The notes under the pieces are model-generated. The model was not told where the DNA came from and searched no databases. It worked only from the letters and a program-made list of their open reading frames with translations. Shown here one piece after another: positions 13,152-27,100 of a stretch of 64,000 bases of DNA. Position numbers and translations under genes: made by a program. Origin of the DNA: Euglena gracilis. Its lineage: Eukaryota. Location: positions 8,806,634 to 8,870,633 of the forward strand of contig CP154954.1 in NCBI GenBank assembly GCA_039621445.1. Direction: 5' to 3'. Position 1 is the first letter of the stretch, and each line of letters begins with the position of its first letter.

Positions 13152-16100
13152 TAATATGGCATTGGGGGGGGGTGCGCAAAAATTTGCCGAAATTGCCCAC
13201 AATTTTCGGCGTGCAGCCCTGGAAGGAAAATTTTGACCGTTTTGGGGGGGGAGGTCCTGAATACTCGCCGATTTTTGTTTTGACCCTTGTCAATGACAAC
13301 CCCGGTTGGAGGACAGAGGTTACTGGTCATTGGACACATCGAGTGTAGGTTTTTACATCTCATTACATTATTTTCTTTCACTCTATCTCATGAGCAATTT
13401 GAGATTTTGAAGTAGATTTTGGATTTCTTCAAAGCCCTCTCAAATGTACCCGGCAGCTTGAATTTTTCTGAACAAATGCAAGCCCCTCCGGCTGCCTAGT
13501 GTATGCCCTCTAGTTACTGTACATTATCATGCCCCGTGTTTACTGTAAATCATCACCCTGTTCAGGTTTGGGTGGTTCCAAAGAACGTTTTTTTTTTTTT
13601 GAACTCCTGAATCTAACTTCTTACTTTTTGTGCAGCTGACCTTAGAGCAGAGTTGTACGGTATCTATGACATAAGTCGCCAAGGTCTATCAGGAATCCAT
13701 CGCGGATGTGGTCACAACCCTGAATCCCATAGTATCTCTAGCGTTGCTTTTAGTGCATTGTGTGCGTGCGCGCTGGGTCTTGCCGAATCCAATACACTAA
13801 CGTCCAAAGTTGACAACTATCAGGCTTTCATAAAATGGAAAAATCAACCGATTTTGTTCTTTTATTCTGGAGGAAAATTGATATATTTTCTCGTGTCACT
13901 GAGTCATTGCAAGCCAGAGAACACCTTTTTCAAAGGGTATTCCACAACGATGTCAATTTGCAACCAAAGGAAAACAAGTGCACAGGGTTCGGGGGGGGGG
14001 GGTGATGTCACCAAATGTATTTGAACTTTTGCGGTAATGAGGAAATTCTTGTTGACAAAGTCAAGAGGCAGAAAAAAGATCGGCCAAAATATCACACAGC
14101 TATGATGAAGCTGTTCTCGTGGCCAGCAGACCTAGCTATGCATAGGTGGGGTGGAGGCGCTCATAGGCCAACGGACATTAAAGTGTGTGTGCATCCACGG
14201 AGCCAAGCACCACCCAATTATGATAAAACAAACAACCTCGGAATGTACCACTGTTTTTTTTTGCATCCAGTTCCATTGATGGGCCTGTTCCTCTATGATG
14301 GACAACACCGTACCTGAAAAGCATTGCCTTTAATTTGCCTCATCTCCTTTTAAGACAGAGAACATCCAACCTCACCCGATCAAGCTTAGAAATTCGGCGA
14401 CAATTTGGGTTGTTGGAGACAAACTAAAAAATCAAAATCAAAAAAAAAATCAAAAAAATTCAGTGTGTGATGCAACTGAGTTTGATTGTATTGATGAATG
14501 TTAATCCTTCTGCGGCGCCTCCCTGCACTGAGGGTATGGGTGGTCTCTGTTGCCAGTGTGGCTTAGAGGCAGTTCGCTTTTCTCATGAGCACAAAAGCAA
14601 CTCCAGGCAGAGGCCTCCAGCGATGATGACGAGGGCGAAGATGAGCAGACGCCGTGCCGAGTGGACGAATACTGGCAAACGCTCTTGACTTGCAGAAGTG
14701 TTTCCCAGATAAACACGCCTCACCAGCTGCTGTACCTCTTTCGCCGAAAGCGTACCTACCCCCCCCCCCCGGGAAACTGTCATGCCCGAGAACCTGCCAG
14801 GGTCCCGCCCGGGAAATTGTCAGGGTCCCCGGTACCGGCCAACCTGTCATGAGACAGTTTCCTGGGGGGGGGGCAGGTACCGTTTTCTGATGCGCGTCAC
14901 TGTAGGATTTCGTGCCTCAAGGCACGGGCACCTGTGGCTGGGGTGCGGCGTCCGCCGCCGCCGCCCTCGCTACCAGGTGGCGCGCCAGAGGTCCTGCAGA
15001 GGGAAGGTCCAATGGCGTCTGTCAGCGCCGTCGCTGCTACATGGAGATTATAAATCACAGTTTCCCGGCACTGTTACAATTCAAGGAACCAAACAGTTTG
15101 TTTGGCAGATCAGCACCACCCGGCGTGGTGGGCCGCGGTGGGGCGTAGCCAACCACCCAAAGATTGGCCAGTGGGGTATAACTGTCAAAAATTGGCGCCC
15201 CCCCCCCCCCAGCCCTGCGTCCGGGTTGGCCGGGTTGGTGGGGGAATTAAAAGTCCTCATCGAGGCCGGCCACAAGGGCTCGAACTCCGAGAGAAGAAGC
15301 TGGAGCACCCCGCCGGGCTCCCTGACCTGGTCCCCCTCGGCCTCCTCAGCCAACCACCTTGGAATATTTCGAGACGTCCGAGAAAGAGTGTGCTTTCTTG
15401 TTATGCTTAGTGAGCAAAAGAGGTATTGGCTCCTCGCAACGAAAACAAACGACCTGTAGGGAAAGTCGAGAAAGTCCACAAAGTCCCGAGAGTCTCTGTA
15501 TGGAGTAGCAGCTGCGGTACACACACGTGTCACCAGACCGCCACGTTTTGGTGGTGGTGGCTTCTGGACGCGAACAGTGAGGATCTGGCAAAGCAAGGTT
15601 TTCAATGAGTGTATATTCAGTCGGCTTCGTTCAGAGGCCCTGAAAGACCTCTCTTCCCAAGGTTTTCAGGACGATTATGCTGACGTTTGGGGGATATTTC
15701 AACCCCACGGAGCGACCTTGATCAAACGAACCATGTTTTACTGTGACGAGGACAAATTGTTATGGGCACAGATATAAGAACCTTCTTTTTTTTTTTTTGG
15801 GGGGGAAGGGGGGGGGGTGGGGGAGCGGGGAGGGGGGGGGGGGGGGAGGGGGGAGGGGTGGGGGAAGTGGGGGGGGGGGGGAGGAGGTGGGGGGGGGGGG
15901 GGGGAGGGGGAGGTAGGGGGGGGGCGGGGGTGTTTTTTTTTTTTTATTTTTTTTTGGTTTTTTTGTTTCGTTTTTTTGTTTTTTTTTTTTTTTTTTCTTT
16001 TCAAAATCTGCTCGGCATCAGATAAATCCGCACATCTCGGTTAAGGGGTTTCCGGGGCCAAGGGAACATACCACTGTCTATGTCAGCAGGATACTGGCCA

Positions 16101-19100
16101 TTCTCAATCCAGCAAAGGAGTACATAGCACCTTTCCGCCAGGTGGGCTTTTGTACACTGAAGAAGATGTTTTTTACTTGGGGATGTATCAAGGTTGACGG
16201 CTGGAAGCCAATGCCGACGTCGTTTCTTGCAACCGCGCCTTGGTTGCTTTCATTTGCACTTTTGTCGCTTTGGGTCTCTTTCGCAACAACCGCAGCACCG
16301 CCGGGAGCTCCTCTTGCCTGGCGAGGTCCTCCTCCTGCAGCCGCAGCATTGCCGACACGGCATGCTGGCCCCTAATCACGTGGAATTTCACACCTGCGAC
16401 AAGGGTGTGAGGGCGGGGTGGCAAACGGCTACGCATTTGCACCAGGAAACGTCTGGGCTTTAGTGGCCCCTGTGGCGAGTGGGGCGCCCGGGGGGCGCTT
16501 GCCTTTGGAGGACGTTTTGTGGGCCGCGGGTGAATGAAAGATAGATGGAAGATTGAAATTGATGGAACCTGAGAAGAGATAAAATCCGCCTGACCACAAA
16601 TTGGCTGTCTATTTCCCCCCTGGCGGGGTAGCTCCACAGGTAAGCCGGACCGGTGGCCGCGTCTGGGTCTGGGTCGGGGAACTTAAGAATCTCGTCAGCC
16701 AAGCCGCCAGGTTTCGGTGGTGGTGGCTTCTGCACGCGTTAAGGGCATGGCCGTGAGCTCTCTTGTCTGCTGCTGTGATTGATGTGCATTCCAGATATCA
16801 TCAAAAACCTCTTCAAAATCTGCTCAACCAATACGTTGTGTTCAGCGGCGTCAGATGAAGCCACACATCTCGGTCGATGGGCTGCAGAGGCTCAAGAGAA
16901 CACACCACTCTTTCTGTCAATGAGGTATCGGCCATACTCAACCCAATGAAGGCATAGCAGTCCTGCATATTACCCTCCCCCAGGTGGAATTTTGGACATT
17001 GAAAAAGATGTTTTTTTTATTTGGTGTTGTGTGATTGTTTGTGTGTGCTGGATGAACAGAGACGGACAAGCTCAGAGTTTCTGGTTTTCGTTAAAAAGAA
17101 ATGGCATTTTAAGGGTCTTGGTGGCTATTCCTTTTTAGGTGTTTTGGCTGTTTCCGTCAATTTGTACCGGCTCATGGTCGATTTTCATTCCATCGTGCTA
17201 ACTCAGTGCCTTTGAGGACTGAGCCCGTTGCAAAAACATGACATATTTTCTTGTTGAGGCTGTGGGCATCGACTGAAGGAGGACAGGATGGAGGATGGAG
17301 CTTGGACTGCACGGAGGTTTGTCGCCGCAAATGGGAAAGCCCATCGTTTTTTTCCCTCTCCACCACAGGGCTGCCAGCCTGCTGCGGTGTGGGTTGTGAC
17401 GCCCAACCGACCGACGCGAGAGACTCACCGCCGCCTCGCCGCATCCCCTACACCAACCATCGCTGGGCGGAGCGTATTAGAGACGGCTTCGCCCAAATTT
17501 TCATCAACTCGAAATTCCCATGGCGACCCTGTCAAGTGAGTAAAGTGAAGTTCTCGGTGTGGTTTTTGAAGGTTGACGTGATTAGTATTCACAGCAAGGT
17601 GGTTCATATTGATATTTTGGGTCGATGAATGGGGCACTGAGGACCCAGGACCCGGGAGAGAATGGCCGAAGAGGTCAAAATGTTAAAACCATGCGCATTG
17701 CTTCGCCTTTGCCCTGGGACGCTGATCTTCTGGGCGCATTTGGTCTTTTCTACATGAACCACCGGAAAGGAACTCAACGAAGGGGCGCACGGCAGAAAAC
17801 AATGCTTACCCAAAAGTTCTGAAGAATTTCGAAACTCGCCATTTGGTATTTCAGCTCCACAAGGAACCTCCCCCGCGCCACACACGAGGCATCTTTGCCT
17901 GCTTCAAATCCAGCGTACAACTGCTTCTGTGGAATTCCACCCAACGACTTCCTGCTGCAGATTTTGGTTCAAATGCAGAATCCTGGGGACTGGTTGATGG
18001 GTTCGCACCCAGCCGCAGTCGGCCAGAGGGGGGGGGGTCGGCCAACTGGATTCCCAAGGGGTTTTTGCTCTATTTCTGGACAATAATTTTGGGTCCCAAA
18101 ATTGACTTTTAAAATGGGTTCCCCCGAGCCCCCCCCCCCGTGGGAAAATGGCTATGACAGCCAACCCCAACTGCCTCCCCCCGCCCTCTGACGCTCCTCC
18201 AAGAATCGCATGCAAGAGTTCTGTGCCGCACGTGAGCATCAGCCCCAAGTCGGCAAGAAAAAAATTTGTGTATCGTGTGTATCGGCGAAAAAAATTTTGT
18301 GCATCGGTGTGTATCGGCAAAGTAAAATTTGTGCATCCGTGTGTATCGGCAAAAAATAATTTGTGTATCGGTGTGTATCGGCAAAAAAATTGTGTATCGG
18401 CTTTCTTTGAATTTGTGAATCGGCTTTTCGAAATGAAGGATTAGACACCAAAGAGACTTTCCCCATTGGCGATCTCAGCATTGACAATATGGCTCGGATG
18501 GGAATCCCCTGGCGTGAGGCGGTTATGGAAGACGTCAAGAAGCAAATCAGTGCAGCTACAAGCAGCACACCTTGACAGATTCTGTCTGTCATGTGTTGAA
18601 CGTCTCAAAAAAAAGAAAAAAATTCAAAAAGGAGAGCCGGGGTATGGAAATGCGCAGATGTATCCGGGCCAGGCTTCTGCGTAAGGGCTTGCAGTACCCC
18701 CCGGGGGGGGGGGGGGCTGGACTGCAGCTAGTCCAAATTTTTGACTAGTGGGATTTCTAGCAGATCCCCCCGGGGGGAGTCTGCTAGCAGGGCTAGCTAG
18801 TGGATATTTTTTCCCAGTGACCGGCGCAAAGTGCCGTAATTTTTTTTGGGACCCCCTAAAATGGCCAAAAATGCCCGTATTAGGCCATTTTTGGAAATTT
18901 TTGGAACAAAATCAGCCAAAAACCTGTTTAAAACCTCATTTTTCCAACCCAACAAGTGCACTGAGAGAAGCACTCTATGCTCTCCAAGAGCAAAAGAATT
19001 GCACAAATTGATGAAATCAGCACAAGCACTGTCCAGACGCCATATTGAAAGGACAGCTGAATCAGCGAGTATGTTGCCACCGGGAAAGGCCGAATTGATC

Positions 19101-19574
19101 CACATGGCAGGCTTCCCCATGGGGCGTTGGGACCAATCTTTTCTCGGTCGCCATGCTTTTGGCTGGAAGCCCCTACAGTCATATCTTCTTGCAACCACCC
19201 CTTGCCCCTTGGTTTCTTTCGTTCGCATTTTGCCGCTTTGGGTCTCTTTCACACCAAAGAAACATCTTTTGACCACATCTGTCTTGAGAGAGAGAGAGAG
19301 AGAGTCGTTTTCACATGGTGCTGGGTATTCGCTTTGCATGCTGAATGTCACTGCATCCCCTGCGGACTTCTGCTTAGCAGGCGCCACCCCCAGGGGGGGG
19401 GGGGGGCTGTGTCTGGGGCGGACCGGGGGGCCCCGCGCAGCGCTCTTGGGTATGGGTTCTGGTGGGAAGTGCCAAAAAATTTTTGGAAAACATTTTGAAA
19501 TGGCCCGGTTTTTTTTTCGGGGCCCTCGCCCCCCCCCCCCCTGGGGGTTCTGCTCCAGCTGGATGGGTGGGGGA

Positions 19575-19703
19575 CAGGGTTTTTCTTAAGCCGGAGGGCA
19601 GGGGGGGGGGGTCCAGCCAGCAGCTCATTTCCAGCCAGCAGCCTTTTTGCCAGCCGGAGGCTGGACCTCCCCCCCCCCAGGGGGGCCCTTAAGAAAACCC
19701 CTG
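19575..19703. mobile_element. hAT-type MITE, same family, short copy
   Basis: CAGGGTTTTTCTTAAG...CTTAAGAAAACCCCTG with TSD GTGGGGGA on both sides. Confidence 0.9.
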
Positions 19704-20433
19704 GTGGGGGACAGGGCTGCACGGGAATCCCAAAACCCGGGGGGTGGGGGTGGGGGTGGGGGGGTCGACTACCACCGCACCCCCTCCATCCTGGTGGGGA
19801 AAATCACCCCAGGGCTGCCGGGAAGGCCTAGCGGGAGGTCAACCCCTCACGCGGGAGATGGGGGTGGGTGGGCACCCCCCCCCGCCCCCCACAGCACCCG
19901 CGCAAGGAAAAGTGCTTCGGCACCGAAAGAAAATTTTGATCAAAGAATTGGCGTCTCCGGGAGTACAGGGAGGCTTGGTGGGGGGTGTACCCCCTCCTTT
20001 TCAGAAACAGGATCTTACGCCCGGGGCCTGAGCCCACCCGGGAAAACAGGGATTTCCCAAAAAACCTACAATTTTCAATGGAAATTCCCTTTACCCCCCC
20101 ACCATGATTGCGGATGCGGAAGGCGTTCCGGAAAGTGTTTTGGTTGTGTTAGGAGAGGGGAAACCCCAAGAACACACGTTGGTGGGATGGGCATGCGGTT
20201 GGCGCTGTTGAGGTCAGGCTTTTGCTTAAGGACCCCCAGGGGGGTACTGGCGAGCCAATCGGCTAGACACTTGAAAAAATGGACTAGCTAGACCCCCCCT
20301 CCCCCCGGGGGGGAGAGGGGGGGCGGGCTGGCCAAGGGATCAAAAGAAGTCGAATGGAATACAGCTGTGTACCATCATTATTGCGAGCAAAGCACATGGA
20401 AAGCAAGCAACGCATTTGCGTCATCGTGAGGGG

Positions 20434-20975
20434 TTAATCAGAAACGAACTTGGAATCCGAATCCGAATCCGAATCCGCGGTACGTGCACGCTTTCGAGCA
20501 AAACCGGAATCGGCACGAGGCAGGCAGAAATGCGAACGCGGCGCATTGAAAACAAGGCAGTTCCCCGCCAGCGAACTACCTTGGGCTGTGCGAAGCATAG
20601 CAACGATCAGGGCGTAATCGTATTTCTCCCAGGACACATTGTCGAGGGCAACGAGGGGCAATTGCTCCATGGTCTCCAGGAGAAGTCTCAAACGCCGCTT
20701 GTCCATAATTTGGGTCAGTCTTGAGAAAGCACGCTCAACGGCAGAATTGGAGGGTGTTGCAGCCAAAGCCATCCGCAGGAAATAATGCATATTCGGGAAG
20801 CGATCCCGATTGCGAATGAATTGTTGCCGGAAGGTGTCAAGTGCATGCCCCCTCCTATGCATATGACACAGCAAAAGCAAAGGTTATCTTCAATGGGCTT
20901 GGCGGCTGTCTCCCATACAAGGACGTCTGCAAATTCCGCCTTAAGAGCTGCCCAGGAGTAGCCCAGCGCAACCAT
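20434..20975 (-). pseudogene. Decayed hAT transposase, C-terminal dimerisation domain
   Basis: FPNMHYFLRMALAATPSNSAVERAFSRLTQIMDKRRLRLLLETMEQL matches the hAT P-S-A-xERxFS...RxRL motif; frameshift near 20880; no N-terminal part. Confidence 0.8.
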
Positions 20976-21269
20976 GCAGGTGTGCCAGTGCTCCCCCGAA
21001 CCCTCAGGTCTTTTGTGTCACACATGGATCCCAACTCTCAAAGGTTCCACTTCTTTTCGACCTAATCCTTTTAGCTTAGACCTCATGGGTGTGGTTTAAA
21101 ACGTTAGCCATTTTTTCCTCGATTTGCCTCATTCGATGAAAAAGTTGTTGGGAATCCTCACACTCTTTGGGTGCTTGATAAGGTACTACCAAATAGAATT
21201 TGGTGTGGGCTGGAAACCACCCTCCCCCTTCACATCATATCCAAAGTTTGGGGCAGAGCCTCAACCCAC

Positions 21270-24200
21270 TTGATTTTTTCGTCCACAAAGAGTTTCCTCA
21301 AAATCTCCATGACTCGTTGACCCGCCAGGTCCAGAAGTCCAATGCCCATCACAGCCTTGTCCGGGGGCCGGGGGGGGGTGGGCTGTCCACGGTGGCAGTC
21401 CATCGTCCAGGAAGGGGGAGTGACACCAGAAGGGATTGCACGTCATTTCTCCCGCACGCACCTCCAAGAATCCCATGCAAGAGTTCTGTGCCACGTGTGA
21501 GCAGCAGCTGCAAGCCGTCTCAGTCATCCATTCACTTATGCAGCTTTTCATGGCATCCTCACTGCATTCGTGGGATGCTTCAACGGGTTTTCATCCCCCG
21601 CTTGTGGGAGTGTCATCGCGTTCATTCAAATCTCGTTTCTGGGCTGCCTAGTGAGATGGCATTCTTTACAATTGCGTGTCTCAGTTCGCCAACGCGGTTT
21701 GCTTTGCAGCCTCTCAGAGTGTTCATTATGAACAGCCGTTGTTAACTAAGGACAGATGGTAATATGCGTGGGGGAAAGAGAGGGACGGAGAGAAGCGAGT
21801 AATGCGCGAAACGATACGGCAACGGATGCGGCGAAGGATGGGGAAAAGAAGACCTCAAAGATGTCGTTCGTCGATAGGACAGGCAGGCGGGCACCCCTTC
21901 GGCTTACCCCCCAAGATTGATAGCAATGGAATGCCCGCCTTTCCCTTGGGGACTTGAGGACATGCTTGAGGTGGCCGAGGCCACAATTGAGGTGGTGGGC
22001 CCGGATCCCTTTCCCTTGCCAGCTTGGGGGTGTGGTTGGGCAGTCCAACGAGCCCTTGCCAGGTGGCCCCACCAGCCGCATTTGAAACATCGGCATTGTG
22101 AGGCTTCGTGGGTCGGTGAGTTATGGCCTCGGGCGTTGGCGAGGAGTGAGTGGCGCCGAAGACGTCGGTGAAGGTTGCGGAGGCAAACCAAGAGGGTCTC
22201 GTAGTTTGCCCTCAAAATAGCGTGCCGGGGGACTCCCCCCGTTTTCTTCAAATCTCAGGGCCTGAAGATTGGCTCCCGTATTCAAAGATCAAAACGTAGC
22301 GCTCCACGAGGTCCAGCATTGTCCAGGCATTGCTTCCTCCTCTTTTTCCATCCGTTTGAAAAAATTCAAAGGAGCCCTTTTACCAAAACCCAGTGGTTCC
22401 TCCTTAAGAAAGCTTCGGTGCGCCTTAATTTGTACATTTAATTTGTTTTGGTTTCCACTACACAGCTCCTCTCCCCCTCCCGACCTTTAACAATACCGGG
22501 ACCAATCCACCTCCAATTCATTTTTTCAAAATTGGCACGCTCCGCAATCATTGCCACCCCGCACGCTCCGCAATCATTGCCACCCCAGGGCCTCATCGGG
22601 CCACGTGGGGTCATTTTCCCCATTCACTTGTCCCATGGGGGATTCCCAACGCGCTTGTCGGGGGCGTGTGGGGGGGGCCTCCCAATCCCCTCGCCGTTGC
22701 TTGGCCCGGAATGCGCTCCAATTTGCACGTCGTGGAGGGGTGAGTATCCTCGGCATTCCGTTTGTGTGCCCCTCCTCAAATTGGGGGTCCATGCCTTTGG
22801 GCGAGTTGTCCAACAAACACGTCCAGTGCATTTGTTTGCGTGCCCACATCCTTTTTTGTCACCACATCCCCCCATGCCGTGCACTCCTCAAGCGCCCACA
22901 CACCATGCACGATTTCGTGAATTTTCGACCCAGCCCCTCAAAATAAGGGATCAGAAGGGTCGTTTCCCTGAAACAACTCCCGCAAATTTCGTTCAACTTC
23001 CCCTCCCTCTTCAACTCAAAACCACGCTCCCATTCGGCGCACCTTTCTTCACTCCACACGTGATACCCCCATGCAATTTTGGGCAGCGTTAAATTCAGCC
23101 AATGTGGAAGTAGGTGTATCATGAGCATCGTTGGCATTGGTGTTGAAGTTGCCGTTGACGTTGATGGCTTTGGTGCTTGCGGCGAAGACGGAGTCGGTGG
23201 AGGTCGTCATTGCAGTGGTCGGTGATGGGGACCTACCAACCCCTCCCTCATCTTTCCTCCCTCCTAAGGGGTGCTCGCATTCAATAAAAATAAAATATGC
23301 AAAATATAAAACATGACATCTTATTTTTTTTCTTCATCCACAAAGAGTTTCCTCTTAATCTCCATGACTCGTTGACCCGCCAGGCCCAGAAGTCCAATGC
23401 CCATCACAGGGGGAAAAAGAGAGACGGCCGATGGCCTTGTCCGGGGGCTGGGGGGAGGAGGGTGCGCAGGGTGGTGGGCTGTCCGTGGTGGCAGTCCATC
23501 GTCCAGGAGGGGGGAGTGACACGGGAAGGAATTGCACGTCATTTCCCCAGGGCGCACCTTCGGGGCTCCTCTGTCTGATCTTCTGCATGTACGCTTTTTG
23601 TTGCTCCAGGCTCGGTGCTGCCGTGATACGTGGGAACACACCTCTATTTGCCCCGTATAATTCATCAAATTGTTTATCATATAATTTATTTATAATTTAT
23701 TTATTTATAATTTATTTTTCACATAATTTATCAAAATTTTTGCAAGCGGTGTCGACCTGGATCTTCCCCCTGAGCTCTGTCCAGTATTTTTACGGCTTCC
23801 GAGTTGCGCCTCAGCCACACCGCGAGAATGCGGTGGTGCTTTTCTGGCCAGGCGTTCAACGCGTGCCCGTGCTCCCGCTTGTCTGCTCCCGCTGCCGCTG
23901 CGGATGCCAAAATTCGGAACGTCTTCAAATCTTCCCAGTCGTCATGTCGGGATGCCTTGTCAGTGAGCAGTGGTTTGTCCGTGACCTGTCGTCTTGCCGT
24001 GCAAGAGTGGGAACAAAAGAAGTCAATCATATAGATTGGTTTCGGGTGACCCATATTTGGGAACCCCCACCCTCTGTGATGATGGGATACCTGCCCGTCT
24101 ATCGACACTGCACGTTGGAGATGCTGCCCATTTCTTGTTTGTAATTTCAGAGCGAGAGTGATTGGAGGTTGACATACGTTGCGGAGCTGGTGCCGGCCAT

Positions 24201-27100
24201 CTGCCGCCACAGAAGCAGCCCGCCGCCAACCATTGGAACCCCCACCCCAGTTGTGAAATTTGTCAGGAGAGGAATGGGGTAGAATGGAATGCAGGAATGC
24301 AGTCCAGTTTTTAGCCTGGTCGGGGCCCGGGGGGGGGGGTACGCGGGGTGGTGGGCTGTCCGTGGTGGCAGTCCATCGTCCAGGAAGGGGCAGTGACACT
24401 GGAAGGGATTGCACGTATTTCCCCAGGACGCACCTCCAAGAATCCCATGCAAGAGTTTCTGTGCCGCATGTGAGCATCAGCTGCAAGCCGTCTCAGTCAT
24501 CCATTCATTTATGCAGCTTTTCATGGCATCCTCACTGCATTCGTGGGCTGATTCAACGGGGTTTCATCCCCCTCTTGTCGGAGTGTCATCACGTTCATTC
24601 AAATCTCGTTTCTGGGCTGCCTAGTGAGATGGCATTCTGTACACTTGCGTGTCTCAGTTCGCCAACGCAGTTTCCTTTGCAGCCTCACAGGGTTTTCATT
24701 ATGAACAGCCGTTGTTAACCCGGGACAGATGGTAGGTAATGTGTTAACTAAGGACAGATGGTAATGTGCATGGGGGAAAGAGAGGGACGGATAGAAGCGA
24801 GGGATGCGCGAAGGGATACGGCGACGGATGCGGAGAAGGATGGGGAAAGAAAAGACAAAGATGTTGTTCGTCGATAGGACAGGCAGGCGGGCACCCCTTC
24901 GGCTTACCCCCGAAGATTGATAGCAATGGAATGCCCGCCTTTCCCTTGGGGGATTTGATGCCACGCTTGAGGTGGTTGAGGCCACAATTGAGGTGGTGGG
25001 CCCGGATCCGGTACGGTCAGGCCCGAATCAGGTATGGTTGCAGCAGTCCAACAAGCCCTTGCAAGGTGGCCCCACTAACCGCATTTGAAACATCGGCGGC
25101 GTTGAAAGGTTTCGTGGGTCGGTGAGTGATGGCCTCGGGCGTTGGCGAGGGATCGAGTAGCCGAAGCCGTCGGTGAAGGTTGCGGAGGCACACCCAGAGA
25201 GTCTCGTAGTTTGCCCTCAAAATAGCGTGCCGGGGGACCCCCCCCCGCGCACTTTCTTCAAATCTCAGGGCCTGAAGATTGGCTCCCGGCTCCCGTATTC
25301 AAAGATCAAAATGAAGCAGACACAAAATGCCTCAAAATTGGCACGCTCCGCAATCATTGCCACCCCAGGGCCTCATCGGGCCACGTGGGGTCACTTTCCC
25401 CATTCACTCGTCCCGTGGGGGATTCCCAACCCGCTTGTCGGGGGCGTGTCGGGGGGCCTCCCAATCCCCTCGCCGTTGCTTGGCCCGGAATGCGCGCCAA
25501 TTTGCGCATCGTGGGGGGGGGGGGTGGGTATCCTCGGCATTCTGTTTGTGTGCCCCTCCTCAAATTTGGGGCCCATACCTTCGGGTGAGTTGTCCAACAA
25601 ACACATCTCCAGCACATTTGTTTGCGTGCCCACATCCTTTTTTTTTGTCACCACATCCCCCATGCCGTGCACTCCTCCACACCATGCACTATTTCGTGAA
25701 TTTTCGACCCGCCCCCTCAAAATAAGGGATCAGAAGGGTCGTTTCCCTGAAACAACTCCCACAAATTTCGTTCAACTCCCCCTCCCTCTTCAACTCGAAA
25801 CCGCGCTCCCATTCGGCGCAGCTTTCTTTACTTCACACGTGATATCCCCCAGGCATGCAACTTTGGGCAGCGTTAGATTCAGCCAATGTGGAAGTAGGTG
25901 TATTATGAGCGTCGTTAACATTGGTGTTGAAGTTGTCGTTGACGTTGATGGCTTTGGAGCTTGCGGCGAAGACGGAGTCGGTGGAGGTCGTCACTGTAGT
26001 GGTCGGTGATTGGGACCTACCAACCCCTCCCTTGTCTTTCCTCCCTCCTAAGGGGTGCCCGCCATCAATAAGAAATAAATAGGCAAAATATAAAACATGA
26101 TATCCTTTCCAAAGTCAAATCCAAAGTCAAATCCAAAGTCAAATCCAAAGTCAAATACAAAGCATGGGGTAGACCCTCAACCCAGTTGTTTTTTTTCCGT
26201 CCACAAAGGGTTTCTTCAAATTCCCTGACTCGTTGACCCGCCAGGTCCAGAAGTCCAATGCCATCACAGGAGGAGAAAAACGTGACGGCTGATGGCTTTG
26301 TCCGGGGGCCGGGGGGGGGGGTATGCGGGGTGGGGGGGGGGGGAGGGTATGCGGGGTTGCGGGCCGTGGTGGCAGTCCATCGTCCAGGAGGAGGAAGTGA
26401 CCCGGGAAGGAATTGCACGTCATTTCCCTTGCGCACCTTCGATGATCCGCAGTCTGATCTTCTGTGGGTGCGCTTTTTGTTGCTCCAGGCTCGGTGCTGC
26501 CGTGATAGGTGGGATTGCACCTCTATTTGCCCCGTATTATTTATCAACCCTTTGCAAGCGGTTTCGACCTGGATCTTCCCCCTGAGCTCTGTCCGGTATT
26601 TCTGCTGCTTCCGAGTTGCGCCTCAGCCACACAGGGAGATTGCGGTGGTGCTTTTCTGGCCAGGCGTTCAACACGTGCCCGTGAACTCGCTTGTCTGCTC
26701 CCGCTGCCGCTGCTCCAAAATTCGGAACGTCTTCAAATCTTCCCAGTCGCATGTCGGGATGCCTTGTCAGTGGTCTGTCCGTGACCAGTCGTCTTGTCGT
26801 GCAAGAGTGGGAATCAAAAGAAGTCATTCATATGGGTTGGTTTCGGGTGACCCATATACGGAAGCCCCACCCTCTGTGATGATGGGATACCTGCCCGTCT
26901 ATCGACACTGCACGTTGGAGATGCTGCCCATTCCTTGTTTGTAATTTCAGAGCGAGAGTGATTGGGGGTTGACATACGTTGCGGAGCTGGTGCCGGCCAT
27001 CTGCCGCCACAGAAGCAGCCCACCGCCAACCATTGGAACCCCCACCACAGTTGTGAAATTTGTCAGGACAGGAATGGGGTAGAATGGAATGCAGGAATGC
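21270..27100 (-). mobile_element. Tandemly duplicated ~3-kb decayed element with a gag-like CCHC zinc knuckle
   Basis: Units ~21270-24300 and ~24320-27100; minus strand reads CFKCGWWGHLARA (~22050-22095) and CFKCG*WGHLARAC (~25052-25093). Confidence 0.55.

Noticed and set aside
15785-16000. Poly-G/poly-T ORFs or G-quadruplex
   Set aside because: Homopolymer-rich, likely low-quality consensus sequence.
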